Positions 9,263 to 18,018 of a stretch of DNA of 64,000 bases are shown piece after piece. A program made the position numbers and the translations under genes. Source of the stretch: Clostridia bacterium (GTDB lineage Bacteria; Bacillota; Clostridia; Oscillospirales; CAG-272); the NCBI GenBank assembly GCA_017504995.1, contig JAFVQC010000054.1, forward strand, positions 60-64,059, in the 5' to 3' direction. The notes below the pieces were generated by a model. The model was given only the letters and a program-made list of their open reading frames with translations, ran no database searches and was not told where the DNA came from. Each line of letters begins with the position of its first letter. Within the stretch, counting starts at the first letter, position 1.

Positions 9263-9358
9263 CTTGTAAAAATCCTTTTCTTGTATGGGTGATTTATGAT
9301 CGTGCTATCATTGTTTGCTTACGGTACAAAAAATAATAAAAAATAATGAAAAAAGGTA

Positions 9359-9388
9359 TTGACAAGGGAAGGGGAAGTGTGGTATAAT
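9359..9388 (+). promoter_or_regulatory. Sigma-A promoter of rplU-prp-rpmA
   Basis: TTGACA (9359-9364), 18-nt spacer, TGgTATAAT extended -10 (9380-9388). Confidence 0.7.
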
Positions 9389-9465
9389 ATACTGCCGCTT
9401 AGTGTCGGGCTCTTTTAAGTGCGGTTATCGCCGCCCGATTTAGCGAGTCTATAAAGAAAGAGAGG
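9389..9465 (+). promoter_or_regulatory. Probable L21 ribosomal-protein leader (structured 5' UTR)
   Basis: About 80-nt leader between the promoter and the rplU RBS. Hairpin TCGGGC...GCCCGA encloses GCGGTTATCGCC. This is the position where Firmicutes carry the L21 leader. Not verified with a covariance model. Confidence 0.45.
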
Positions 9466-9473
9466 TGCTTTTC

Positions 9474-9785
9474 GTGTACGCAGTAATTGAAACCGGCGGA
9501 AAGCAGTACAAGGTTAACGAGGGCGAGATCATTTTTATTGAGAAGCTCGACGTGAACGAAGGCGATACGGTTACCTTTGACCGTGTCAAGGCAGTATCGA
9601 TGGGAAATGAGTTCAAGGTTGGAACTCCTACCGTTGAGGGTGCAACCGTTACCGCAAAGGTGCTGGCAAACGGCAAGGGCAAGAAGATTTATGTAATGAA
9701 GTACAAATCCAAGAAGAACGAGAAGAAGAAGATCGGTCACAGACAGCCTTATACCAAGGTGCAGATCCTGTCTATTCAGGGCTGA
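9474..9785 (+). CDS. rplU: 50S ribosomal protein L21
   Basis: (V)[17 protein letters not shown] is canonical L21. The GTG at 9474 is preferred, 5 nt after the AGAGAGG SD. The ORF-track start at 9465 would overlap the SD. Confidence 0.9.
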   Translation: MYAVIETGGKQYKVNEGEIIFIEKLDVNEGDTVTFDRVKAVSMGNEFKVGTPTVEGATVTAKVLANGKGKKIYVMKYKSKKNEKKKIGHRQPYTKVQILSIQG

Positions 9786-9800
9786 GCTTGAGTTGCTGAA

Positions 9801-10160
9801 ATGACGAAAATCGTTTTTTTCAGAAGCGGTGGAGTCTTTTACGGCTTCGAGGAACACGGTCACGCGGGATACGCGGAAGCGGGAGATGATGTACTGTGCG
9901 CGGCGTTGTCCGCCATGACGATGTTGATCGTCAACACGGTGGAGGTTTCTTATGCGTCTGACGTGGAATACACAGTAGACGAGGGAGCGACCCACATCAT
10001 GGTTCGCGCCAAAGCGGCGTTGCCCGAGTTTGAGGAGGATGAAAGGAAGCGCTACGCGGTTTCGGGTCTCTTCCAGTCGTATTACTACCAGTTAAATGAA
10101 TTGATTGAGGAGTATTACGATTATCTGGACGTGGAAGTAAAGGATATCGATTACGTTTAA
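9801..10160 (+). CDS. prp: Ribosomal-processing cysteine protease Prp
   Basis: Located between rplU and rpmA. FEEHGHAGYAEAGDDVLCAALSAM contains the His/Cys dyad region of the Prp (YsxB) family. Confidence 0.85.
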   Translation: MTKIVFFRSGGVFYGFEEHGHAGYAEAGDDVLCAALSAMTMLIVNTVEVSYASDVEYTVDEGATHIMVRAKAALPEFEEDERKRYAVSGLFQSYYYQLNELIEEYYDYLDVEVKDIDYV

Positions 10161-10232
10161 GAAGCTCCGCATTTGAAGTCGCATGTGCGAAATTGTACAA
10201 AAAAATTACGTAAAATTAGGAGGAACGAATCC

Positions 10233-10511
10233 ATGTTGAAGATCAGTTTACAGTTCTTTGCTCATAAAAAGGGTGTCGGTTCTACGAAGAACGGCCGTGA
10301 CAGCGAATCCAAGCGTCTTGGTGTCAAGAAGGCTGACGGACAGGCTGTCGTTGCAGGAAACATTATCGTAAGACAGAGAGGAACGGCAATCCATCCCGGT
10401 AACAACGTTGGTATCGGTAAGGATGACACGTTGTTCGCTCTGATCGACGGTAAGGTTAAATTTGAGCAAAAGACCAAGGATAAGAAGCAGGTTAGCGTTT
10501 ACGCTGACTGA
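10233..10511 (+). CDS. rpmA: 50S ribosomal protein L27 with cleavable N-terminal extension
   Basis: [41 protein letters not shown] 6 nt upstream of the ATG at 10233. Confidence 0.92.
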   Translation: MLKISLQFFAHKKGVGSTKNGRDSESKRLGVKKADGQAVVAGNIIVRQRGTAIHPGNNVGIGKDDTLFALIDGKVKFEQKTKDKKQVSVYAD

Positions 10512-10523
10512 TTCTTGCGAAAG

Positions 10524-10560
10524 AAAAACGACTGTTACGGAAGGTAACAGTCGTTTTTCT
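10524..10560 (+). terminator. Intrinsic terminator of the rplU operon
   Basis: 11-bp perfect stem ACGACTGTTAC (10528-10538) / GTAACAGTCGT (10544-10554), then a T-run. Confidence 0.85.
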
Positions 10561-10707
10561 TTGGCGGTCGAAACAACTCTCGGTTCTATCGAATTAAATA
10601 CACGCTGAGCTTTTCGCCCTACAGTCGAAAAGCCTTTTTATATTGAAAAGGGAAATAAGTAATGAAAAGTAAAGCACAATCAATTGATGATTTTTTGAAG
10701 AAATATA

Positions 10708-10736
10708 TTGACAAGCACTTGCTTTTGCGGTATAAT
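10708..10736 (+). promoter_or_regulatory. Sigma-A promoter of the hydrolase gene
   Basis: TTGACA (10708-10713), 17-nt spacer, TATAAT (10731-10736). Confidence 0.65.
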
Positions 10737-10787
10737 TATCCGCGAAAGATATATGATTAGACACGTGAAAAAGGAGTGCAATTTTCA

Positions 10788-11540
10788 ATGGAACAAACTG
10801 AAATTTTGATTCAATCAACAATTGACGGAACGATGCAGCCGTCGTTGTTCTACGCTGCCTCAAAAAGCAATCGCCCTTTGTTGGTTTCGCTTCATACGTG
10901 GAGCTACAATCGCTACAATCGAATAACAGAAATGGTTCCCTTCGCAGAAAAGTATGATTTTAACCTGCTTCTTCCTGAATTCAGAGGTAGTAATCTGGAC
11001 ACCAACGAGCACTGCACACTTGCCTGCGCTTCATTGCATGCAAAGCAAGATATAAAGGATGCGATTGATTACGTTGTCAGAAACTCAGATATCGATGCGG
11101 ATAACATATTCCTGCTCGGTTGTAGCGGTGGCGGTCATATGGCACTTATGATGTGTGGTTTTTGCCCGGAATATTTTAAGGCTGTTGGGGCATTTGTACC
11201 TATTACGGATCTCAATAAGTGGGCAGAACAAAACCCCAAATACAGGCGTCACGTTTTAGCTTGCTGCAGCGGTTCTCAAGAGGAGATGCGTTTGCGTTCT
11301 CCTGTAACGTATGCAGATATCATTGCAAAGGCAAACCTGAAAATTTTTCATGGTAAATATGATCCTGTTGTTCCGCATACCCACAGTCTTACGCTTTATG
11401 ATCTTATTCTTCAAAAGCATCCGAGCGCAAGGGTGTTTCTTGATATTTTTGACGGTAGGCACGAGCTGGATTTGGATGCTGCCGCTTACTGGTTTTTATC
11501 GCAATACGAGAAGCATGAAATGACGGAGGTCACAGGTTAA
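10788..11540 (+). CDS. Alpha/beta hydrolase (S9 peptidase / dienelactone-hydrolase-like esterase)
   Basis: Nucleophile elbow GCSGGGH. Candidate Asp (GKYDPVVP) and His (FDGRHELD). ATG at 10788, 11 nt after GGAG. The track start at 10776 is a GTG beginning at the last G of the SD. Confidence 0.75.
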   Translation: MEQTEILIQSTIDGTMQPSLFYAASKSNRPLLVSLHTWSYNRYNRITEMVPFAEKYDFNLLLPEFRGSNLDTNEHCTLACASLHAKQDIKDAIDYVVRNSDIDADNIFLLGCSGGGHMALMMCGFCPEYFKAVGAFVPITDLNKWAEQNPKYRRHVLACCSGSQEEMRLRSPVTYADIIAKANLKIFHGKYDPVVPHTHSLTLYDLILQKHPSARVFLDIFDGRHELDLDAAAYWFLSQYEKHEMTEVTG

Positions 11541-11586
11541 CAACGATAATGAGTGTTCAGGTTGTAATTTTGACCTCTAAACACAG

Positions 11587-11619
11587 AAAAATCCGTACAC
11601 GCAAGTGTGCGGATTTTTT
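11587..11619 (+). terminator. Intrinsic terminator after the hydrolase gene
   Basis: Stem AAAATCCGTACAC / GTGTGCGGATTTT (one G-U pair) followed by a T-run. Confidence 0.7.
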
Positions 11620-11627
11620 ACTTAGTT

Positions 11628-11662
11628 TACGAAAACCACCGGCATTGAATGAACCGGTGGTC
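11628..11662 (-). terminator. Possible terminator of the convergent M20 gene
   Basis: 8-bp stem ACCACCGG (11635-11642) / CCGGTGGT (11654-11661). Only a short U tract follows on the minus strand. Confidence 0.4.
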
Positions 11663-11682
11663 TTGTTTCTTTTGATCGGCAC

Positions 11683-13017
11683 TTAATCGATCCGTATCTG
11701 TGCCGTTCCGTCATCAAGATAGGAAATACGATCGCCTTCCGAGTTGAATCCGTCGAGGAAGGAGAGAAATTCTTCCTTGGATGCGAACGTCGGCGTAAAG
11801 CTTGCGAGGATATCCTTGGCGCACGCCGCGTCGTTTTCAAGCAAAAGCTTAAGCATGGTAAGCTGCCACTTGGCATTTTCTATGCATGCTGCCTCTTTGT
11901 CGGTGACGTGATAGTCGTTTCCGTGACTACGACCCTCCGCGCCTGCGGCGTAGGGGTGAACCACGGGCATAATGACAGATAGATCGCCCATGTCGGTGCT
12001 GCCCGAGCCATAGTGTTCCCGAACGTTAAATTCATATTCGGGAAGCGCCAGTGCCGCCGCGTCCTTGGCAAGCTTGACCATGTTGGGATCGTTATTTAGG
12101 GGCGCGTAGCCCGGAATATCGACGATCTCAATATTTGTTCCGAGGGACAACGCCGCGCCGCAGAGCGCGCGGTTGATCTTGCGGTTTGCTTCCAAAATTC
12201 CCTTGTAGTTTTTTCCCCGAACGTAGCTTTCCAGACACGCGGTTTCGGGAATGGCGTTGACCATATCGCCGCCTTGTGTAATGATGGGATGAAAGCGAAT
12301 GATATCCGCTTCCTTGAAGGTTTCACGAATGGCGTTGACCGCCTGTATACCGCAGCTTGCGGCGTACAGCGCGTTTCGCCCGTTCCACGGCGCGCCGCCC
12401 GCATGCGCCGCAACGCCTTTATAGGTGATGCTTTTGGCGATACAGCCTACCGAGCCTTGAGTGACGCTAAAGGAGTCCCCCGTGTGAACCATAAAGGCGA
12501 GATCGACTCCGTCAAAATATCCACGAGATAAAAACTCGGTCTTTCCGCCAAAATAGCGAATGACCCCTTGCTTTTTCAGCTCGCGGCGATATTCGATCTC
12601 CAGCAGCTCTTCGGCAGGAACGGCGCACAAACGGATCTTTCCGCAAAGGGGTTCTAAAACCGCAGGATCGGTCAGTGCGGCGGCAATCCCCAGAAGCGCG
12701 GCGCATTGGGCGTGGTGACCGCAGGAATGAACAGCCCCTGTGACGGGATCTGCGTCGGGATGTGAGGGGCAGATGATGGAATCCAGCTCACCGAGGATCA
12801 GGACGGTGGGACCCTCCCGACCCGTGTCGATCTGTGTATAGAAGCCCGTAATGTTTTCGGCGCGAACGAGGGCATATCCCAATTGCTCAAAGGCGTTTTC
12901 CATGTATTGAGAAGTGACCCTTTCCCGATAGCCCGTTTCGGGATGCTTCCAGATAAACTTTTCCGCGTCAAGGATCAAGGATCTGTATTTTTCTACTGCT
13001 TGTTGAATTTTTTGCAT
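11683..13017 (-). CDS. M20-family amidohydrolase / metallopeptidase (AbgB-like)
   Basis: 444 aa. Contains an HSCGHH metal-binding motif and M20D-like architecture. GAAGGA RBS. Confidence 0.75.
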   Translation of the reverse strand: MQKIQQAVEKYRSLILDAEKFIWKHPETGYRERVTSQYMENAFEQLGYALVRAENITGFYTQIDTGREGPTVLILGELDSIICPSHPDADPVTGAVHSCGHHAQCAALLGIAAALTDPAVLEPLCGKIRLCAVPAEELLEIEYRRELKKQGVIRYFGGKTEFLSRGYFDGVDLAFMVHTGDSFSVTQGSVGCIAKSITYKGVAAHAGGAPWNGRNALYAASCGIQAVNAIRETFKEADIIRFHPIITQGGDMVNAIPETACLESYVRGKNYKGILEANRKINRALCGAALSLGTNIEIVDIPGYAPLNNDPNMVKLAKDAAALALPEYEFNVREHYGSGSTDMGDLSVIMPVVHPYAAGAEGRSHGNDYHVTDKEAACIENAKWQLTMLKLLLENDAACAKDILASFTPTFASKEEFLSFLDGFNSEGDRISYLDDGTAQIRID

Positions 13018-13139
13018 GGTATCCTTCTTTTTGTTTTTTTCTTATGAATATTATATCTTAACTTGTATGAAATTGCAAGCGCTTGCAAAAAAACGGGAAA
13101 AAGATTTTTAAAGAAAAAGAGGAAATACGACGTGAAAAC

Positions 13140-13168
13140 TTGACAAATTCCGCGTTTTATATTATAAT
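13140..13168 (+). promoter_or_regulatory. Sigma-A promoter of miaB
   Basis: TTGACA (13140-13145), 17-nt spacer, TATAAT (13163-13168). Confidence 0.65.
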
Positions 13169-13228
13169 ATTATAATTGGAGTAATTCTATCCTTTTTGAG
13201 GGTATATTAGATAAAGGGAAGTTGTTGC

Positions 13229-14665
13229 ATGGAAGAAGTGATGAAAAAAAACCGTACGGTTTCCGCAGAGGAAATGGAGCGGCAGAAGGAATATATTGCG
13301 CGGATCCTTGCGGAAAACGAGAGGTATCTGGCAGAGAACGGAAGCCGTCCCCGCGCCTTCGTACTGACCCTTGGCTGTCAGCAAAACGAGGCGGACAGCG
13401 AACGGCTGGCAGGCATGGCTGTGGCAATGGGATATGAAATGACCGATACTCCCGAGGAAGCTCGGCTCATTATGGTCAACACCTGCGCCATTCGTGAGCA
13501 TGCGGAGCAGAGGGCGCTTTCCTTGGTGGGACAGTACAAGCATCTGAAGGCGAAAAATTCCGAGCTGATCATCGTTATTTGCGGCTGCATGGTGGTGCAG
13601 GAGCATCGGATCAACGATATCAAATTCAAATATCCTTACGTGGATATTCTGTTTGGCACGTCGTCGATCCACAGATTCCCCGAATTCTTGTACGAAAAGC
13701 AGAGACGCGGCAGGCGGATCTTGCGCTCGGACGAGACCGAATATCTGGTTGCCGAGGGGATTCCCGTGCATAGAGAAAGTAGCTTCCGCGCGTGGGTATC
13801 GGTGATGTACGGCTGTAACAATTTTTGCTCCTACTGCATCGTTCCTTACGTCCGCGGACGGGAGCGAAGCAGAAGGCGAGACGAGATCGTCGCCGAGGTG
13901 AGGACATTGGTAGCCGAGGGCTATCGGGATATTACCCTGCTTGGTCAGAACGTGAATTCTTACGGAAAGGATACGGGGGAGAATTGCGATTTTGCCGATC
14001 TGCTTGCGGAATTGGATAAAATCGAGGGGGATTATTGGATTCATTTTATGACCTCTCATCCGAAGGATGCCAGCCGTAAGCTCATCGACGTGATGGCGGG
14101 ATCGAAGCATATGGCAAGACATTTTCATTTGCCGATGCAATCGGGAAGCGATCGGGTGCTGAGGGCGATGAACCGTCGATATGATTTTGAGAAATATATC
14201 GGAATCGTAGACTATATCCGCGAGAAGATGCCCGACGCGGTCATTACCTCGGATATCATCGTGGGCTTTCCGCAGGAGACCGAGGAGAACTTTGAGGCAA
14301 CGCTGACTGCTCTTGGGCGGGCGCGGTTCGACATGATCTATTCCTTTATCTATTCTCCGCGGAAGGGAACGCCCGCCGCTGAGATGGAGGGACAGATCCC
14401 TGCCGCCGAAAAGAGCCGTCGGTTTGAGCGCTTGCTTGCGGTACAGAACGAGATCTCTCTTGGGGCAAATCAGCCCATGGTAGGAAAAACGATCCGCGTG
14501 CTTTGCGACGGGATCAGCAAAAACAATAAGCTGGTCTACAGCGGACGAAGCGAGGGCGGAAAAATCGTGTTTTTTGAGGGAGAGCCATCGGATACAGGGA
14601 ATTTTCTTGCCGTGACGATTGAACGCGCAGAGCCGTTTGCGCTATACGGAACGGTAAATCGATAA
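13229..14665 (+). CDS. miaB: tRNA-2-methylthio-N6-dimethylallyladenosine synthase
   Basis: UPF0004 N-domain (LGCQQNEADSE), radical-SAM CNNFCSYC, C-terminal TRAM domain. Alternative start at Met5 (13241). Confidence 0.9.
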   Translation: MEEVMKKNRTVSAEEMERQKEYIARILAENERYLAENGSRPRAFVLTLGCQQNEADSERLAGMAVAMGYEMTDTPEEARLIMVNTCAIREHAEQRALSLVGQYKHLKAKNSELIIVICGCMVVQEHRINDIKFKYPYVDILFGTSSIHRFPEFLYEKQRRGRRILRSDETEYLVAEGIPVHRESSFRAWVSVMYGCNNFCSYCIVPYVRGRERSRRRDEIVAEVRTLVAEGYRDITLLGQNVNSYGKDTGENCDFADLLAELDKIEGDYWIHFMTSHPKDASRKLIDVMAGSKHMARHFHLPMQSGSDRVLRAMNRRYDFEKYIGIVDYIREKMPDAVITSDIIVGFPQETEENFEATLTALGRARFDMIYSFIYSPRKGTPAAEMEGQIPAAEKSRRFERLLAVQNEISLGANQPMVGKTIRVLCDGISKNNKLVYSGRSEGGKIVFFEGEPSDTGNFLAVTIERAEPFALYGTVNR

Positions 14666-14769
14666 CATGGTAAAAAGATAAGGCTCTGTCACAGATTTGA
14701 CTGATTTTTTGCGAGATTCCAAACGCGATAAATCGCGTTTGATCCGCCCGTTGGTCGGATTTCGACTGC

Positions 14770-14876
14770 GTCCCGCCCGTGTCATTCTGAGCGTAGCGTA
14801 GCGGAGTCGAACTGCGAAGTAGCACCGAGCAACGCGAAGGTAGAATCTCGGGCGGGACTACGCTCAGAATGACACG
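14770..14876. repeat. Palindromic intergenic repeat element (GTCATTCTGAGCG-type)
   Basis: Perfect 19-nt IR at 14778-14796 / 14858-14876 (CGTGTCATTCTGAGCGTAG). A second 9-nt IR GTCCCGCCC / GGGCGGGAC lies at 14770-14778 / 14850-14858. The internal direct repeat is GCGAAG(G)TAG. Confidence 0.75.
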
Positions 14877-14958
14877 CAAGCGTGTCGCCAAAAAGGCTCA
14901 AAATCAACAGTATGCTGTGATAGAGACAAAGATAAAAACGAAAGGAAAAACGATAGAA

Positions 14959-15354
14959 ATGGAAACGACGAATATTTTTGAGATCGCGGCAGCGCTGGGC
15001 AAGGCGCTGAAGGAGGACGACAAGCTGGTTCGTTTGGAGGCGGCAAAGAAGGCGTACGAGGCGGACGGAGAATTGCAGAAAATGCTGGTGGAATACGAGG
15101 TGCAGCAAAAAGCTCTTCAGGGTGAGATCACCAGAGAAGAGAGAGACACCCTCTTTATCGATACCATTCAAAAGCGGATCGATCTGCTCTATCACAACAT
15201 CATGGAGCATCCCGTGTTTTTGGAGTTGAACGAGGCGCAGGCGGAGGTCAACGAGCTGATGAATGCGGTGAACAACACCATCACCTTCCATATTACGGGA
15301 GAGCAGCCTTCTTCCTGTACTCACGATTGCTCTACCTGCGGAGGCTGTCACTAA
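14959..15354 (+). CDS. ymcA: YmcA/YlbF-family regulator with C-terminal four-Cys motif
   Basis: Start at METTNIFEIAAALGKALKEDD. Helical Com_YlbF-like sequence. Position between miaB and mutS matches B. subtilis ymcB-ymcA. C-terminus CTHDCSTCGGCH. Confidence 0.7.
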   Translation: METTNIFEIAAALGKALKEDDKLVRLEAAKKAYEADGELQKMLVEYEVQQKALQGEITREERDTLFIDTIQKRIDLLYHNIMEHPVFLELNEAQAEVNELMNAVNNTITFHITGEQPSSCTHDCSTCGGCH

Positions 15355-15401
15355 GAGTTTTTTAGCAACCGTATTGAAATTGAAACGCGGAGGGAAAGCG
15401 T

Positions 15402-17990
15402 ATGACTCCGATGATGGAGCAATATTTTGAGATCAAAAATCAATATAAGGATTATTTGGTGTTTTACCGTCTGGGCGATTTTTACGAGATGTTTTTCGAT
15501 GACGCCGTTTTGGCGTCCCGTGAGCTGGAGCTGACGCTGACGGGACGGGATTGTGGCGAGGAGGAGCGCGCGCCGATGTGCGGCGTGCCCTTTCACAGCG
15601 CAGAGGGGTACATAGGAAAGCTGATCGAGAAGGGCTACAAGGTAGCGATCTGCGAGCAGACCGAGGATCCTGCTTTGGCAAAGGGACTCGTGCGCCGTGA
15701 GGTGATCCGTGTGATTACCCCCGGAACGGTGATCGAAACCAATCTGTTATCCGAAAAAACAAATAACTATCTTTGCGCCGTCTATCGGAGTGAGTTTGAG
15801 TGCGGCGTGAGCTTTGCGGATATTTCCACGGGGCAGGTCTTTGCTACGTCCTTTGGGGGCGAGGAGCTGGATACCCGTTTGATGAATGAGCTTGGAACGT
15901 ACTGCCCGAGCGAGGTAGTCTCCAATTTGGGAGAAAAGAAGCTCGGCGCGACGGGGGAGTTTATCCGCGCGCGGCTTGGCGCGATGCTGACTGCCAACCG
16001 CCCCACGGAGTTTGAGTACGCAAGCTCGCTTACGCTGGTTCGGGAACAGTTCTCGGAGCAGCTGCGAGAGGGAATTGAAGAAAACCGAGCGCTGATCTGC
16101 GCCCTTGGGGGGATATTGTCCTACATTCGCGAGATGCAGAAAAGCGATATTTCCTATATCAAGGATCTGACGGTCTATTCCGACGGACAGTTTATGGAAA
16201 TGGATCTGAACACCAGACGGAATCTGGAGCTGGTGGAGACCATGCGCACGAAAGAAAAGAAGGGCTCGTTGCTTTGGGTGCTGGATAAGACCAAAAGCGC
16301 GGCGGGCGCGAGACTTCTGCGCCAATGGCTGGAGCATCCCCTTCTAAGCGTAGGCGGGATCACCCGCCGACAGAACGCGGTGGAGGAGCTGTTCGGAGAC
16401 TATATGCTCCGTGAGGAGATCGGTGCGCTTCTGGATCAGGTGCTCGATCTGGAACGGCTTGTGACCAAGATCGTATACGGAACGGCAAACGGAAAGGATC
16501 TTCGCGCGGTTTGCGCCACGATCTCGATCCTTCCCGAACTGAAGCAGTTGATCTCGGCGTGCCGTTCGGACGAGCTGAGCACGCTGTACGGAGAGCTGGA
16601 AACGTTGGACGACATTTACGATCGGATCGATACCATGATCTGTCAGGATCCGCCCTTCTCGGTGCGGGAAGGTGGGATCATTGCCGAGGGCGTTCACGCC
16701 GACGTGGACTATCTGCGCTCGGTGATGCGTGACGGAAAGGGTTGGATCGAACGGGTCGCCGCCGAGGAGAAGGAAAGAACGGGCATCAAGACCCTGAAGA
16801 TCGGCTACAATAAGGTGTTCGGTTACTATATCGAGGTATCCAAATCCTTTATGGATCAAGTACCCGAGACCTATATCCGAAAGCAGACCCTTGCCAATGC
16901 CGAACGGTATATCACGCAGGAGCTAAAGGATATGGAGGCAACGATCCTCGGCGCGGCGGATAAGCTTTGCGCCCTTGAGTACGAGCTGTTCTGCGAGGTC
17001 CGCAATTTCGTTTCGGAGCATAGCGCGCGGATTCAAAAGGCGGCGGCGCTGATGGCAAAGCTTGACGTTTACCTCAGTCTTGCTACCGTGGCGGCAAGGC
17101 AAAAATACGTTCGCCCCGAGGTGGATACGAGCGATATCATTCATATCAAGGACGGCAGACACCCCGTGGTGGAGCAGTTCGTAAAGGATACCTATTTCGT
17201 TCCCAACGATGCCGAGCTGGATACGGCAAGAAACCGATTGATGCTGATTACGGGTCCCAATATGGCGGGAAAATCTACCTATATGAGACAGATCGCCGTG
17301 ATCACGGTGATGGCGCAGATCGGCTCTTTCGTGCCCGCATCCGACGCACGGCTGGGAATCGTGGACAAGCTCTTTACCCGTGTGGGCGCGTCGGACGATC
17401 TGGCATCGGGGCAATCCACCTTTATGCTGGAGATGAACGAGGTGGCGTATATTTTGCGTAACGCGACCAAGCAAAGTCTGATTATTTACGACGAGGTGGG
17501 CAGAGGAACCTCTACCTTTGACGGTATGAGCATTGCCCGCGCGATCATTGAATATACTCACAGCCGAAAGATCGGCGCAAAGACCCTGTTTGCGACCCAC
17601 TATCACGAGCTGACCGTGATGGAGGAGGAGTTTGAGGGAATCGTGAATTACAACATCGCCGCCAAAAAACGGGGCGACAACATTACCTTCTTACGGAAGA
17701 TCGTTCGCGGCTCTACCGACGACAGCTACGGCATTGAGGTGGCGAAGCTGGCAGGGTTGCCGAACGAGGTGATCCGTCGCGCCAAGGAGGTGCTTGCCAC
17801 GGTGGAAAAGACCGCCAAGGCGCTCTCTACCTCGGAGGTGAAGGAGGAAGAACGTGACGATAGCTTGATCAGCTTTGACGATTGCGTGAACGAGCAGGTG
17901 ATCGAGGAGCTGAAGGCGGTCGATATCAATACGCTTTCGCCTTATGAGGCAATGAGCTTTTTGTTCGGCTTGCAAAAGAGACTGAAATAA
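15402..17990 (+). CDS. mutS: DNA mismatch repair protein MutS
   Basis: MTPMMEQYFEIKNQYKDYLVFYRLGDFYEMFFDDA; Walker A GPNMAGKST; 862 aa. Confidence 0.97.
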   Translation: MTPMMEQYFEIKNQYKDYLVFYRLGDFYEMFFDDAVLASRELELTLTGRDCGEEERAPMCGVPFHSAEGYIGKLIEKGYKVAICEQTEDPALAKGLVRREVIRVITPGTVIETNLLSEKTNNYLCAVYRSEFECGVSFADISTGQVFATSFGGEELDTRLMNELGTYCPSEVVSNLGEKKLGATGEFIRARLGAMLTANRPTEFEYASSLTLVREQFSEQLREGIEENRALICALGGILSYIREMQKSDISYIKDLTVYSDGQFMEMDLNTRRNLELVETMRTKEKKGSLLWVLDKTKSAAGARLLRQWLEHPLLSVGGITRRQNAVEELFGDYMLREEIGALLDQVLDLERLVTKIVYGTANGKDLRAVCATISILPELKQLISACRSDELSTLYGELETLDDIYDRIDTMICQDPPFSVREGGIIAEGVHADVDYLRSVMRDGKGWIERVAAEEKERTGIKTLKIGYNKVFGYYIEVSKSFMDQVPETYIRKQTLANAERYITQELKDMEATILGAADKLCALEYELFCEVRNFVSEHSARIQKAAALMAKLDVYLSLATVAARQKYVRPEVDTSDIIHIKDGRHPVVEQFVKDTYFVPNDAELDTARNRLMLITGPNMAGKSTYMRQIAVITVMAQIGSFVPASDARLGIVDKLFTRVGASDDLASGQSTFMLEMNEVAYILRNATKQSLIIYDEVGRGTSTFDGMSIARAIIEYTHSRKIGAKTLFATHYHELTVMEEEFEGIVNYNIAAKKRGDNITFLRKIVRGSTDDSYGIEVAKLAGLPNEVIRRAKEVLATVEKTAKALSTSEVKEEERDDSLISFDDCVNEQVIEELKAVDINTLSPYEAMSFLFGLQKRLK

Positions 17991-18018
17991 TTCATAAATT
18001 ATTGGAAAGGAGATCGAA

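Noticed and set aside
14514-14891. 125-aa minus-strand ORF spanning the end of miaB and the palindromic element (contains ...LRYAQNDTGG...).
   Set aside because: It is an artefact of translating the repeat and the antisense strand of miaB. It has no RBS.
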